DNA of 63,982 bases, filler included, from Circinaria calcarea (taxonomy: Eukaryota): the NCBI GenBank assembly GCA_051942165.1. It is 7 parts of 7 records of this genome, joined end to end, with 100 filler letters (N's around TTAATTAATTAA, not from the genome) between each part and the next. Parts side by side here need not be neighbours in the genome. Positions count along the whole stretch, not along the records: positions 18,413 to 27,510 come from JAVECS010000984.1; positions 27,611 to 36,704 come from JAVECS010000985.1; 5 more parts are not named here. One strand, given 5' to 3'. Below the pieces are notes generated by a model, which was given only the letters and a program-made list of their open reading frames with translations, was not told where the DNA came from and ran no database searches. This document shows, in pieces, positions 22,459 through 34,962 of this stretch. The first letter of the stretch is position 1. Every line of letters begins with the position of its first letter. Made by a program: the position numbers and the translations under genes.

Positions 22459-23791
22459 ATGTCGCAAAAACTGACTGCCAGCGATATCGAGTATATGAAG
22501 GAGCATATTAATGATGACCGAACTACTGAAATGATTGTCACCAGTGCGGTTTGTGCAGTTTCAGCTTGTGTCGCTATCGTTCTGACAGTTCATGGCCGCC
22601 GCCTTGCAGAGCTAAAACTTGAGGCTGACGATTGGTGGATGTTTACAAGCTTGGTCTAAAGTCCCAATATCCATCTATTTATTTAAGCTAATAGCCTCAA
22701 GGTTTTATATCTGGGCACCCCTATCTGCTTTGCTCTCACCACTGCTTACGGCGCGGGAAGACATAGTATTCTGGTCACCAATCCTCGAGCTTTGGCTATA
22801 GTAAGTTTAGAGAAGGATTTAGAAAAAAACTCACTATTTTGGCGTGTTATCCAGTTAACCTTGATAGCAGAGCTGTTATATTTTGGCAATATTTTTACGA
22901 TAAAACTCTCTTTACTCTATCTTTACGCACGTATTTTCCCTCAACGATGGTTTAGAAATGTTCTTGTAGTATTTGGGGTGACCCTTCTACTTGTAGCAAT
23001 CGCAGCCTTTGCGGCTTGCATTTTCCAATGCATACCAATCAAGGCGTTGTGGCAATCAATACCTTTACCGCGCTACATCAATTTTAGCCGGTTTGCACTG
23101 GCCATGGGTGTCTTCAATATCATTACAGATTTCGCTATTCTCGGACTTCCCTTGCCTGTGATATAGCGGTTGAAAATCCCAAGGTCGAAGAAGTGGCTAG
23201 TCGGTGTCAATTTCATGGTGGGAGGGTGGTGAGTATAGTATTTCGCAGCCTCTTGCAAATCCTGAAGAGAACTCTATGCCAATATATACGTTTTGAGTTA
23301 ATATACAGCTTAACCGCTAATACCTTGGTTTATCGTAGTGCTTTCATTGTGTGTCTTATACGACTTTTTTTCGTATTGCAAGTTGAATCCACTCGCGATC
23401 CAGGTTGTAAGTGTTTGTACTTTTCTCAAGTTCCTCCTATCCGCACTTATTTTCCAGATAACCACTAATCTCTATAATACAATATTTAGGGAGTTTTGTT
23501 CCTAGCGGAATTCTCTCTACAATCGAGCTATGCGTTGGCATAATAGCAGCCTGCGTCCCTACCTATAAGCCCCTTTTTAACCGTATAGTTCAGGGCTCCG
23601 CAGCTCTTTTATCGCGGACCGGAGGTTCTTCAAATCCATTCTCTTGTATGTTGAAGGAGAAGCCTGAGAATGCGGCGGAGAACATCAGGATTTCTGCTTT
23701 GTTTAATATAAAGAAAAATTGGACAGATTCTCATGACGATCAGGAAAGGCTTTCTACTCTCGTATCGGGTTCCGGAGATAGAATATGCTAG
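22459..23791 (+). pseudogene. Pth11-like (non-CFEM) fungal rhodopsin-domain membrane protein with a premature stop
   Basis: DDW, GAGRH, KLSLLYLYARIF, NIITDFAILGLPLPVI*RLK (TAG at 23164-23166 where W is normal), IELCVGIIAACVPT. Confidence 0.75.
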
Positions 23792-24838
23792 GAATCAAAC
23801 AGTTTTATCGTAACCGAAATGTTTATCATCCGACAGAAATCTTGGGTATGGTGGAATAGGGGAAAGGAGGAATGCAAATATAATAAATTATACGGGCCAT
23901 CTACGTATACGGTCGCATCCCTATGTCTATTTCCATCCACAAATCGTGACCAGTTTAGATTAAGCATCCGTTCAAATTAAATTCAACCACATAAGGCACG
24001 AACATACCTAGTGTCTAAGTAAGTCGCCCCCGTAGTGTGTGGTATTGGGTGAGCAAAAGGGCAACTAAAGCCCGAATAAGCGGCGGAAGCAGACTAGTAG
24101 TACCGACCTTATGCGAGCGGGAGAGCCAGCTTTACAGATTACCTACTATGTAAGAAGATATGAGCATTGTACTAGGATACCTCTAACCATGCGAGGTGAT
24201 ATATTCTGATCCCTCGAGGACTTACCGATTCCCGAGACTTTGACGGCTCTCCGAACTAAGGTGGCGTAGACGTTGTACAACGTAGACTGCCTACAGCTTG
24301 CCAGCGCATATGCATGGATGTTGTCTCCACGCACCTGCTCATTTTTTGGATTGGATAGCCAGGACGAGTGCGGCTCAACCATGCGCGCCAGACCGATGAG
24401 GTTTAAAGTACGGCTGTCTTCCGGGAGAGTCCAACTATCTTTGGTTGTGGGCTAGGCCGAGGTAGACGCATGAACGAGGCATCGGTTTAGCCAAGCGTTT
24501 ACCAGCAATGCTGATGTCTGAAAGGCTGATCGAATATTTGGTGGCATATGTCCCAAAATAGGCGAGAATTCCGGAATATCCGATTAGTCCTCGGACTCGC
24601 CCAGGCTGACAGCAAAGCTAGACACGACCTCCATACACCTCCAAGTACGCCGCCTTAAGGGCACAGTCAAAGTTTCGTTCAGCTCATGCTTAAATCAGGA
24701 AAAGGAGGCTTACGTGCATACCTGTGCCTCGTAGCCCGATAACTGTGCTGAATAGCTTCCTCTAATGCCTACTTATCCGAATTAGAAGTCGCTCTCAACA
24801 AGATTTGGTGTTCATCTCATTCACGACAAAGCAGCACA

Positions 24839-26719
24839 ATGACCCCTTTATTAGGATCAGCCAGCTGAGCACTAGGCTTCTTAGCTATCGCGTATCGTAT
24901 TGTCCATATTGTGTCAGGAGGCAAAGTAATTGAGAGCGCAGTGTTGTTGATTGCGTTCTTTTCCCTTGAGGTCTGTAATTAGGGTACGTGTCGTTGAAAC
25001 CCTAAGCTTACTAGCTCCTCTCCAAGTTATTTCTCCTGGCCATTTACAGATCGACGTTTCATCCTCTTGCCAAATACCCTGGCCCATGGTGGGCCTCTAT
25101 AACTGACTGGTATACCGTGTACCATATCCTCGTGGGTGATAGGCATATCGACTTTTATAAGCTCCATTGCAGTTATGGTATAGGCATCCTCTCCCTAGGT
25201 ACTAATTTGTTCGTAAACTAAACTAAATGATAGGCAAGATCGTACGATTCGGACCCAATCGTATCTCCATCAACTCAAGCACGACCTTACGAGACATTTA
25301 TAGCGTTAATGCTAACGTGCAAAGATCCCAAGTATACGCTTCAACAGCGCACTTCTTTGGTGGGACTGCCTCATCCAATACTACAATGGACAGGAAGGAA
25401 CATGCATTTCGAAGAAGGGTTAATGTCAAAGCATTAAACCCCAATACAATCAAAAGCTTGGAAGATCGGATTCTCAAAAACATCCACTATTTCTGTACAC
25501 ACCTTGCTGATGAGCGGTCAGTGGATTGGAGCGAAGCGCATGAAATGAGCAAGATCATTGGGTACCTCGTATCAGATATTATGGGAGACGTCACCTTCGG
25601 CCGCAGCTGGGAAGCCATGAGAAAGTCAGATAATCGAGATCTGATCACTCGACTTCCAGAAGCTGTAGCTGGCATACATCTGGTAGGCCTTATCGTCATA
25701 CAGGTGGCAATGTGACTAATACGGTGCTTCTTCAGACAGGTTATATGCCTGAGCTTCTTAATCTTAAGCACGACAGGCTACTATTCGGCAGAGTTATTCA
25801 AGGAGTTGATCGGTTTACCAGCCTTAGCAAGTCAATTTTAGAATGGCGTTTCATGCAGGGGGAACAAAAAGACCTCTTTGCTGCTCTTCTTGAAGCCAAG
25901 GATTCAGACACCGGGCTGGGCTTCACGACCGCCCAACTGGTCTCCGAAGCTGGCCTTTTCATTATTGCCGGCTCTGACACAACCATCACGGCCACGACGG
26001 CGACCATCTTTTACCTTCTCCATTATCCTTCAGCCCTGATTCGCCTACAGGGCGAAATCCGGAAAACTTTTAGTAACGAAGAAGAAATCTGCATTGGCAC
26101 GCAACTATCATCATGCCAATATCTCTATGCTTGTATCGATGAGGCGATGCGTCTGACGCCTAGCGTCGGCTCGACACTCATGCGCGAGGTGTTACCTGGC
26201 GGTTTAATTGTGGATGGGGAGTGGTTTCCATCTGGCACTGATATCGGCGTTCCACACTACGCTCTACACCACCACGAGGCATACTTTACTAACCCCTTCG
26301 AATTCATACCCGAACGTTGGCTTGGTAGTGAGCCTGCAGTATCTAATGCCAAAGATATCTCGAGACCAGGCGTCGGATTGTCGCAATCCGTGGCCGAGCT
26401 CGGTAGTGAGTCGGAGCGTGCCGAGAAGAGTTGTTCCGGCTCCCTGACATTGGAGCAAACATCGGCGGTCTCGGCGTTTACTCCATTTGGCTCCGGTAGA
26501 ACGTCTTGCATCGGGAGGTACTTGGCCTACCAGGAGATGTCCCTGATACTCGCCCGGATCATTTGGTTGTATGAAATGCGGATCCAGGAAGGCTCGACGG
26601 TAGGAGAGGGAAACCAGAACCTGGGCCCAGGTAGAGAGAGGAAAAATGAGTTCCAGACCCTCGATCGGTTCGTTAGCATGCATAATGGACCGATGGTGGA
26701 ATTCAAACGGCGAGTTTAA
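24839..26719 (+). pseudogene. Cytochrome P450, near-intact but with an in-frame TGA at codon 10
   Basis: FHPLAKYPGP, AGSDTT, EAMR, PERW and heme motif FGSGRTSCIG. Exon 1 (24839-24970) is hydrophobic and splices in frame to 25015 but contains TGA at 24866-24868. Confidence 0.75.
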
Positions 26720-26842
26720 TGCGGGACATAACCAACCCGTAGCTTGGGAGTAGCAATCCGCTCGCGAGCTATTTATTCCATTGGGGAGGGGGGGTTTTTT
26801 TTCAATAGACGTGAGATTATGCCCATCCTCAATGAAACCTCT

Positions 26843-27093
26843 CCAAGGTCGTTGGTAGTGCATCCGGTGGCAGTGGAGAAGGTCCTGTACTGACAGTGCA
26901 GCCCGGACGCTCCAAGGCTACCAGCCATTTTCCCGCCTCCTTTGAAGCCTTGGGGTTCAATGCCCGATGACCGAGGCTATTTCACCCTCGATCTAGTGAG
27001 ATTGGCTGCAATGTCAGTGCGCACTGCCAAGATGGTACAGTACACTGCTCCACACTGCACTGCATTGCACAGGCTGCACTACCGGAGGCTTTG
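26843..27093. mobile_element. Second, shorter and degenerate copy of the MITE-like element
   Basis: Ends CCAAGGTCGTTGGTAGTGCATCCGGTG and GCACAGGCTGCACTACCGGAGGCTTTG resemble the TIRs of the 21777 element; internal CTAGTGAGATTGGCTGCAATGTCAGTGCGCA matches the reverse complement of about 21835-21866. Confidence 0.7.
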
Positions 27094-27510
27094 AAGATAG
27101 GAAGGCTGGTGGAATAAGACTGAACAACACTAGTATGGAAAACGAGCTCGAGGCTTTTAGGAATGTATGAATTCGACCGAAACTAAACCGGGGGGGGGGG
27201 CCCTTAGAGATAAGCTGGGGTGAGGTTTACTTTACTGGGGTTTTTTTTTTAAAAAAAAAGGGAAAAAAACATGATCGAGAGATGTCGGGTAAACTTTTTT
27301 TCCCCTACAAATAGGTATCATGAGACATTTTTCGTAAAAACCAACCCTCTCCCGGGAAAATCCCCCCCCACAAAATTTCTCACCATAAATCTCTCTCCCC
27401 TCTCACTCACCCCCAAAAACCAAGCTCCCTACGAACCACTCCCGCTACTCCCGTACTCGAACCCAAACCCGCCCTCGACCTTTTCCCCCGGATCCCCTCT
27501 CCCTCTCCCT

Positions 27511-27610
27511 NNNNNNNNNNNNNNNNNNNNNNNNNNNNNNNNNNNNNNNNNNNNTTAATTAATTAANNNNNNNNNNNNNNNNNNNNNNNNNNNNNNNNNN
27601 NNNNNNNNNN
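27511..27610. other. Artificial contig linker
   Basis: Same structure. Confidence 0.98.
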
Positions 27611-28315
27611 ACAGGGAGGGTGGTCTGGGGCGTAGATACAGTATTTTTGTCACATAGTCGTGCAAAAGGGTTAATAAGGAGTTAGGGGTATTTTTTTGTA
27701 GGAACAGCATTGGTCTGATGTTTCTCTCTCCCTCCCTCTCCCTCCCTTACAAGACCAGGAATGCAATGCTACTTACATACGATAGGATATTTCCGGGAAG
27801 TGAGATAAAACTTCCAAAGGTATTTCTATTTAGTTGACCGGGGGTGGAAACACTTTCATTTCTTGTAAGTGTCTTCAAAGACTAAATGTTGATCTTTGAT
27901 AAGCTACCGGCTTCCCCTCACCTTGTTCCATGTGGTGGTATGAAAGTACTAATTCAAAAGAGTTTTTATCACCGGTCTAGATAAGGCAATGATATTTCAT
28001 CTACCCTACAATTAAAAAAGACCCTCCCACCAGTCACGCTTACAAAGATAATTTATGCAATCACAAAGTCATCAAGTAGAGCGTTTTAGTTGGTAACTTG
28101 GCATCGACGGTCGAAAACTACTTCTGCGCCTACTGTCTCGGGAGTTATCGACTCAAGAACGAGACAATCCCATGGTATCTCTTCGCCCTTCTAGGCAAAC
28201 AAGGCCAATGCTATGCAGTTCGAACATGCTCTGGATTGCCACCCCTATACATGCAGACTACACCAAGCTCTTCATCGCGTCGTAAAGATCGTAAGTGCCA
28301 TTGGAACGACACTGC

Positions 28316-31300
28316 TCAAGCAGACTGAGACTTGATGTCCATCTCGGTCGCCTGCAGCTGCGACTTAAAGTCCTTTCCAACCCACTCCCAGTAGCCCCTC
28401 CAGATCTGACACTGTACTTGCCCATTCACAGCTCCACTCGAAGCCCCTGGAAACGCCATGTGCAAGCGAACTGTTACTCGCAATACTCCCTTACTAGCTT
28501 CCTGCGCCTTCTCAACTTCCTGCTTTACAGCATTCTCCTTGGGCTTGAACGCAAGGATAGCTTGGAAGCGCTCGGCGATGGGGTCAAGCCGACGGACATT
28601 CTCTTCGGGTGCGAGGGCAATGAGTTTGGTGATCATAAGATTGCATAAAACTTTGATGTCGTGTTCGTCGTCGAGACCAGCAATGACGCGGTCAAATAAG
28701 TCAATAACATTCATTCGCGAGAACGCGCTGTCCATGAGTGCATGGAGAGTTTCATACGCACTCTGCAATCATCATTTAGTTGCAGCCACAATGAGAGAGA
28801 CAGGCGGACTCCTACCTTTCGGACCTCGAGTCCGTCGTCTACCTTGTGCTTGAATGGTCCCATTTGCACTTCGCGCACAAGCGCTGGATTGATAATGGAT
28901 TCCTTAATGACAAGCGGAAGTAGTTGTGAAAGATGTGGTAGAACAAGTGCAGCTTTATTCTGCGTCGCCGAGTTAAGGGTGGTCAGTGCCAGACGTCGGT
29001 TCTCAAGGGCTGGATCAGTGAGCATCTCTGATAACATTCCAACCAACATAGGCTTCAGAACACGATCAAATTCTTTGTCAGTATCCGTGAATGCGAAGCG
29101 TACAGCCTGGATGACCATGCCACGAACTGTAGGTGTAGGATCTTTGAGGTAAGTCTACAGCAAGGTAGAATTAGCAGTGTTTTCACCAAAGGAAGGTATC
29201 TTGACTGACCTGGAGCAATGGAAAGTACTTCTTTGGTTCAATGGTGATGAGTCTCCCTATACATTCAGCGCCTACAGCTTTATTATCTTCGTTTTCAGAG
29301 GTCGACAGGAGCTTCTTCCAAATCTCCTCAGTGTAGTCAGAGAGGTTCAGCTTTTCTTTACTGGCACACCGGAGCACTTCCTTTATGGAGTGAAGTAACA
29401 GGTATTGCGAGTTGCCAGATCTTCTCATGGAGGACAAGATAACAGGCAGATATTTAGGTGGATTGCCAGCACTAGCGCGACCCAAAGCCACTGCAGCAGC
29501 TCGGGGCACGAGGTCTGACTTTGACTTGAACTGATCGGTGAATATCTGCGGTTCCAGAGGCGATGAAGCACCGAAGCGTAGACCAGCTTCGCCAAGGACA
29601 GATAACGCTAGGCATTTTCGACGATCGTCCGCTGCGGTTCGAAGCTCATGTACAAAATCATTAATGTTTATGCCGACGGTGGAGTTCCCAGAAACCAGTA
29701 AAGTCCCAATTGCTGCACCGACAATAGCGGGATCTCCCGTAACACCAACATCCTTGAGTAGGCTCTGCATTAGAGGTTGACCCGCTCCACTGGTCCCAAT
29801 AGCGTCCACCAGTGTCAGGAAAGAGTCAAGTACAGTGGCCCCTAGCGGAGCTAAGGCGATTCTGCAGAGAGCATTGTTGAGATCCTCATCAATGACTGTT
29901 TCGGGGTTGCGCTTAACAAGCTCCGTGAGTATTCCCATTGCTAGTCCGAGGAGATTGAGCCCACTGGTATCCAAGAGTGGGAGTAGCATGTGAACCAAGC
30001 TCCGCACAGTGTCATCGTCAAGGTTGTCCAAAACTGTATTGCTAGCAACCAGATGTTTGAGCGCTTTCAAGCTTGTATCTCGAATTGTTCTGTCTGATTT
30101 GCGCAGTTGGCTAGCTAACTCTATCACCACGTTCTTGACCCACTGGGACTGGAGCTGATCCTTGTCTGTAAGTGATGCTGCAACAGTATATATTGCTTGA
30201 ATGGACTCAATCCGGGTGGTCTCATTCTTTAAGCGGTCGTGTAAGATGTCTAGGGCCTTATACCGCTTCAATGCCGGAAGTAGGACTATCCTGTGAGAGC
30301 CAGATGTTCGTGCAACAAGCACACCAAGTGCATGGATTGCTCGCTGTCGTACCTCAAGGTCGGCATTGTTGGCAGAAGCTTTATCAACAATGACTTCGAA
30401 TATGTCATGGAGGTACGTTGTAAACTGACCTTCCATTCCGGATGATCTCGGGGGTGTTAGGACTGTCACGACCTTCTCCATGACGTGAAGTGCCTCGCTC
30501 GAAACCTTGAAATATTTGTCCTTGGCCGCAACTATCAAGCCCGGAACCAACTTTGCAACGTACGGGGCAAGCGACTTGGTTGTATGAGTAGCACATATCG
30601 AATTGACCAGTTGCATAACTTCAATACGAAGGCTACCGCCTGTAGCAGATACAGCTCCACCTGTTCCGATAGCGTTGGATCCAATGCCCAGCGTGCCCGA
30701 AGTTTTGATGAACTCTATGAGAGGATCCATGATTAAACCAAGGTGCTCGGAGAGGCCACCAGGCTGAACTTGAACAAAGTCCCGGAGTAGTGTAGTGGCA
30801 GCTTGCTTTGTGGGCAGGGATTTTGATCTTAAAAGTTTCGCCACTCCTTGGATGATGGATGGACTTAGCCGGGCAAGGTCAGATCGAGGGCTCGACGTCG
30901 GTGAGGGTGATTGTGCGGGAGATGCTAGCGCCTGTGGTGACGGTGAAGCCCCTGAAGCATCAAACATGCTCGCATCAGAGCCGCTTCGTCGTCGCTTTCG
31001 GGATCTCGATGTTGACGAGGCGGAGACATAACCCTCGTCCTCTGTGGCAACATTGCTTATGGAGACGGCCTCTCCAGTCTTCTGGATCAACGCTGCTAGA
31101 GTGCCAAGGATCTCCAATCGGACATTTTCTTCCCGCTCTTTGAAGCATTTGATAAGGACCGGGGCTACTCTCTCGTACAACGTCCCGTTATCGAGCAAAT
31201 CACCGTTGCCTCTCGTCATGATAATAGAGTACAGCACCTTCGCCGCGCAACGTCGGATTTTCCAACTCGTGTCATCGTCATCGCTCATACCCCCTTCTTC

Positions 31301-32537
31301 CTCGAAGTCTTCCTCCTCGATATCTGAAGTCTGGTTTGTGTCAAACTCATCATCTTCGTTGCCCTCCATAGCCTCCTCATCTTCTTGCATCGCCAAGGTA
31401 GGATTATAATTCAAGTACCGTAGACTTGAATCGATGGCTTCATCTGTATAACTTCGCATCTCATTGCTGCACGAGACCAGGAAACTTTCCAGTGTAACTA
31501 GCGCAGCTTCCTTGACTTCTTCGGCTAGGGGATCCACAGAGATATCGTCATCCATATCCTGAAACGTTGCCTCGTACTCGTCCTTACTCAAGGCCATGAA
31601 AATAATGGGAGCTAGGGTTTCCAAAAGGTGTCCGAGCCTGTGAGGTATCGATCGTGCGAGGGCGCCAATGACGGTGATTATAAGTCTTCGTTGCAGTCGT
31701 CCCTTCCGATAGCTTCCTATCAAGTTCGTAATGAAACTATTCAGCAGCGAATCTGATAGGAATACGGCTAGGGTCGATATCGCTAGTACTGCCTTTTTCT
31801 TGGTAACATTGCCCGTTCGGTCATCTTCGAGGATTTCGATCAGCCGTTTGTTGAAGGCGGACTTCTCGACATCATGGAGCATGGGTCCGAAACAGCGTAC
31901 GAGTTCGATAACAACATCAATGGCGTCACTGTCAGCACCTTTCTTTGGGTCTACCTCCAACATGCCTCGGGGCGGTAGCGGAAGATTCTTCAGCCCAAGT
32001 GGAAGCACGACATAGCCTAGCAATCTAGGAATGAGTACTTTGCTAAGGGCAGAATACCAGTCCAAGGTAGCTTTGGTGTGGGGTAGCCCTGGTATTGGGC
32101 GAGGGACCGAGACTATCAAGGTCCGTAAAGAGGTCGACGGAATGGAAGTGTCCAGTGCGGTGGTCGATTTGATGTTTGAGAGCTTTTCGATGAAGGGCGG
32201 AAGAATCTCGGTGGGGGCTTTGAGTGCAAGAGGACCGAGGCTAAATAGAGACCGAGTCAGTACTGGTTCTGGTAAGCTCTAATAGTTTCACCCACCACTT
32301 CAGTGCCTGACTTTGGACGTCACCATTCTGATCGTCCAAGGACCTGAGCATTGCGTCGATGACTCTGGCGCACGTGTTGTATTCATTGCTAAAGATTGTA
32401 GGGGAAGCAACAGTCAGGATGCTCAAGAGGTCATTCAGGGACATGAATCGAATGTCGGAATCCGCATCCTCGAACTTTGGCAGCAGCTGTGCCACATTCA
32501 GAGCGGTAGGATTGGCGGGGATCCCACTGGCAGACAT
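28316..32537 (-). CDS. CAND1: Cullin-associated NEDD8-dissociated protein 1 (CAND1/TIP120), single gene, 4 exons
   Basis: DADSDIRFMSLNDL, SDDDDTSWKIRRCAAK, FKEREENVR, RKRRR NLS, REVQMGPFKHKVDDGLEVRK|SAYETL. Confidence 0.95.
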
Positions 32538-33043
32538 GATTCGGGTGTGCCGGTGGACTGTGTGAGTGGTGGAGCGCGTTCAATGCAGAGTAGACGGGAT
32601 TTTTTTCTTTTCCAGACAGGACGCGGTTACTATCAGGCATCCACTCGGCCGGTAGAAAATGCAAGAAGACCCATAAGTACAAGTGCTCGGGAGATGTTCA
32701 AATGCACGTTGAGAAACGAGTGGAATCTGGACATCACTTGCTGGTTGGATCGCAGCCGAACGTGGCTTCACGACCTTCAGTCTGCGTCGATATTCTCTTT
32801 CCACCCTCCACATATACTCCAGTGACTTCCAGAAGGAGTGAGCGTCGGCCAAACTCCGGGCTGACGTCGTTCCGATTCGCTTCTTCTGTGCTTAGCGCCA
32901 TGGAGCTCGCATTTTATGCGCAGTCCCCGGAGCTTTAATTTGATTCCTGTTATACTCACTCCTATGCTTCGAGAGTGAGCGGTTTGGCATTGTGCTTGCC
33001 GGTGTATCTTCGCGTTTAACTGTGACGGTACCTGACTGTCGTC

Positions 33044-34083
33044 ATGGCACTTCCTCGCCGTCCTCCGCAATGGACCGCGCTATTCAAACATGGCTCCCGG
33101 AGGCCAATGCGAAGTTCGCTGCTTTCACGAACCTGGCAACGTACCCACCGAAGAGGGTATGCCAGCGGAGAGGATCATGGCGTTAAACAGTATCAAAGTG
33201 ATCTACCTTGGTATGGACCACAGATAACTACGGATGTAGCAAAACCATTTACCTGCCACATCATTCCTATTCCCATTACATCATGCAATGCTAATACCAT
33301 ACTGAATGCTAGGGCTGCCGGTGCCATTGCCGTGACTGTCCCGACATGTTGGTACCTCCTACAACCAGATCCCAACAAGAGTCACGGGCATGGGCATGAA
33401 GAAGGGCACGGGGAACACGACGGGGGGGAAGAGCATGAGGACGTTCATGAGGAAGCTCATGACATAACAGAAGATGAACAGGCTGAACAGAACGACGAGG
33501 CTCCAGCGAATGATGAGCAGACTGAATCAACAGGAGACGAGGGAAACGACGCTGAGGCGCCCAGCAACGAAGACAAGGGGCAAGAAACACCGGATACTTC
33601 CGATGGCGATGACGAGCCGAAGAATGTTGAGCATGAGACCGATAACGGAGGCGATGTGGAGGGTGTGCAGTTCAAGGGCGCGGCTAAACTAGTAAATGAA
33701 GACCCCGGACAAGGCGACGTTCGCAAGCATATTCCAGATGCCAAAGGAGGCAACAAGAAGAGAATCGAGAGCAAGTACGGCAACAGGCTGGGCTTGAATG
33801 AGGAAGGGGACGATAAGAGTAGGTTAACTGACAAGGTAAGGAGTCTCTACAGCCCGGGTGTTTAGAGCGAATCCATATGTTGATCACTCACTAGGCCGCC
33901 GCTTCCAAGACACCAGGAGATCTTGTCAAATCGCAATCCGGGAAGCAGGCTGGACTGTCCAACACGGATACTAAGCATCCATCGGATCCTGTCAAGGATC
34001 CAGACAAGTCTCTCAAGGGTGAGAACGCCCCAGAGACAGCTAAGTTGCAGGGAAGCGTGGACCCGACGCGACCGCAGAAGTAA
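33044..34083 (+). CDS. Fungal hypothetical protein (basic N-terminus, one TM segment, acidic His/Glu tail)
   Basis: R-rich presequence-like N-terminus ending RGYAS, SDLPW|AAGAIAVTVP TM segment, last exon SGKQAGLSNTDTKH...ETAK; two GT-AG introns. Confidence 0.7.
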
Positions 34084-34733
34084 GGCTTCTAAGCACATTG
34101 CCTTGTGTGAGTTACGGAGGGCCGCGCCGGCTCCACATGAAGGGCGGGCAATCGGGATGGGGTAACCTTCGAGCTTCTTTGGGAATCCTAGTAGCTTTCA
34201 CTCACCGCCTTAGATGGCCCCCTTTCAGAGGTCACCAGAAGACAACCATGTAGATATGTGTATCTCTAGTTTACCAAACTACGGTTGGGTCCCGTGAGCT
34301 GATCTTTCAACTTGAATGTCTACCTTATGTTTACGTCGTTGGAAGGGTTGCCAATAGATATGTAGACGACGGGTACCAACGGCAATGGAATCTGAGCGTG
34401 AACATAACTTGACCAATTGATTGTTGGCTGAATGCAAACGGCTTCTAAGAATAGACTCCTAACGGCAGAATCGTCTCCGGGGAAACTCAAAGGAGAACGT
34501 GCCGACAGCGGTAAAGCCTTCTAAGCGCCTGCAGGATGCAGCAGCCAATTATCATGGCTCCGCTGTCAAAAGTGTTGTCCTTCCCAAGACTTTGGCTGCG
34601 GCGGTGGTTTCCCAGCTGGACAGCAGACTAAATAGGTATGTGACAATGTGTGGGGGTAAAATGAAAGGACCCAAGTTCTTGCAGTTCTGCAGAGAGTCAT
34701 CATAGCCGTTTGACAACCGACTTGTCCCCCCTT

Positions 34734-34734
<1 letters not shown>

Positions 34735-34764
<30 letters not shown>
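34735..34764. repeat. (TCA)10 microsatellite
   Basis: Direct reading. Confidence 0.95.
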
Positions 34765-34962
34765 GACTGCGAGGAGACCTCCGGCGCATTGTGTCTTTCC
34801 AACTTGTGAGAGTACATCGAGTCAATTGCGCTCCCCGCTCCAAGATTTGTCGCAGACCAAGCAGCGCAGGTAAGTTACACGAATGAAGAGCCTTGTTCAC
34901 TGCAAGCTAACCAATCTTCTCTGTATAGTAATTACAGCTTAATATCGAGGCTAAGCGCGACC

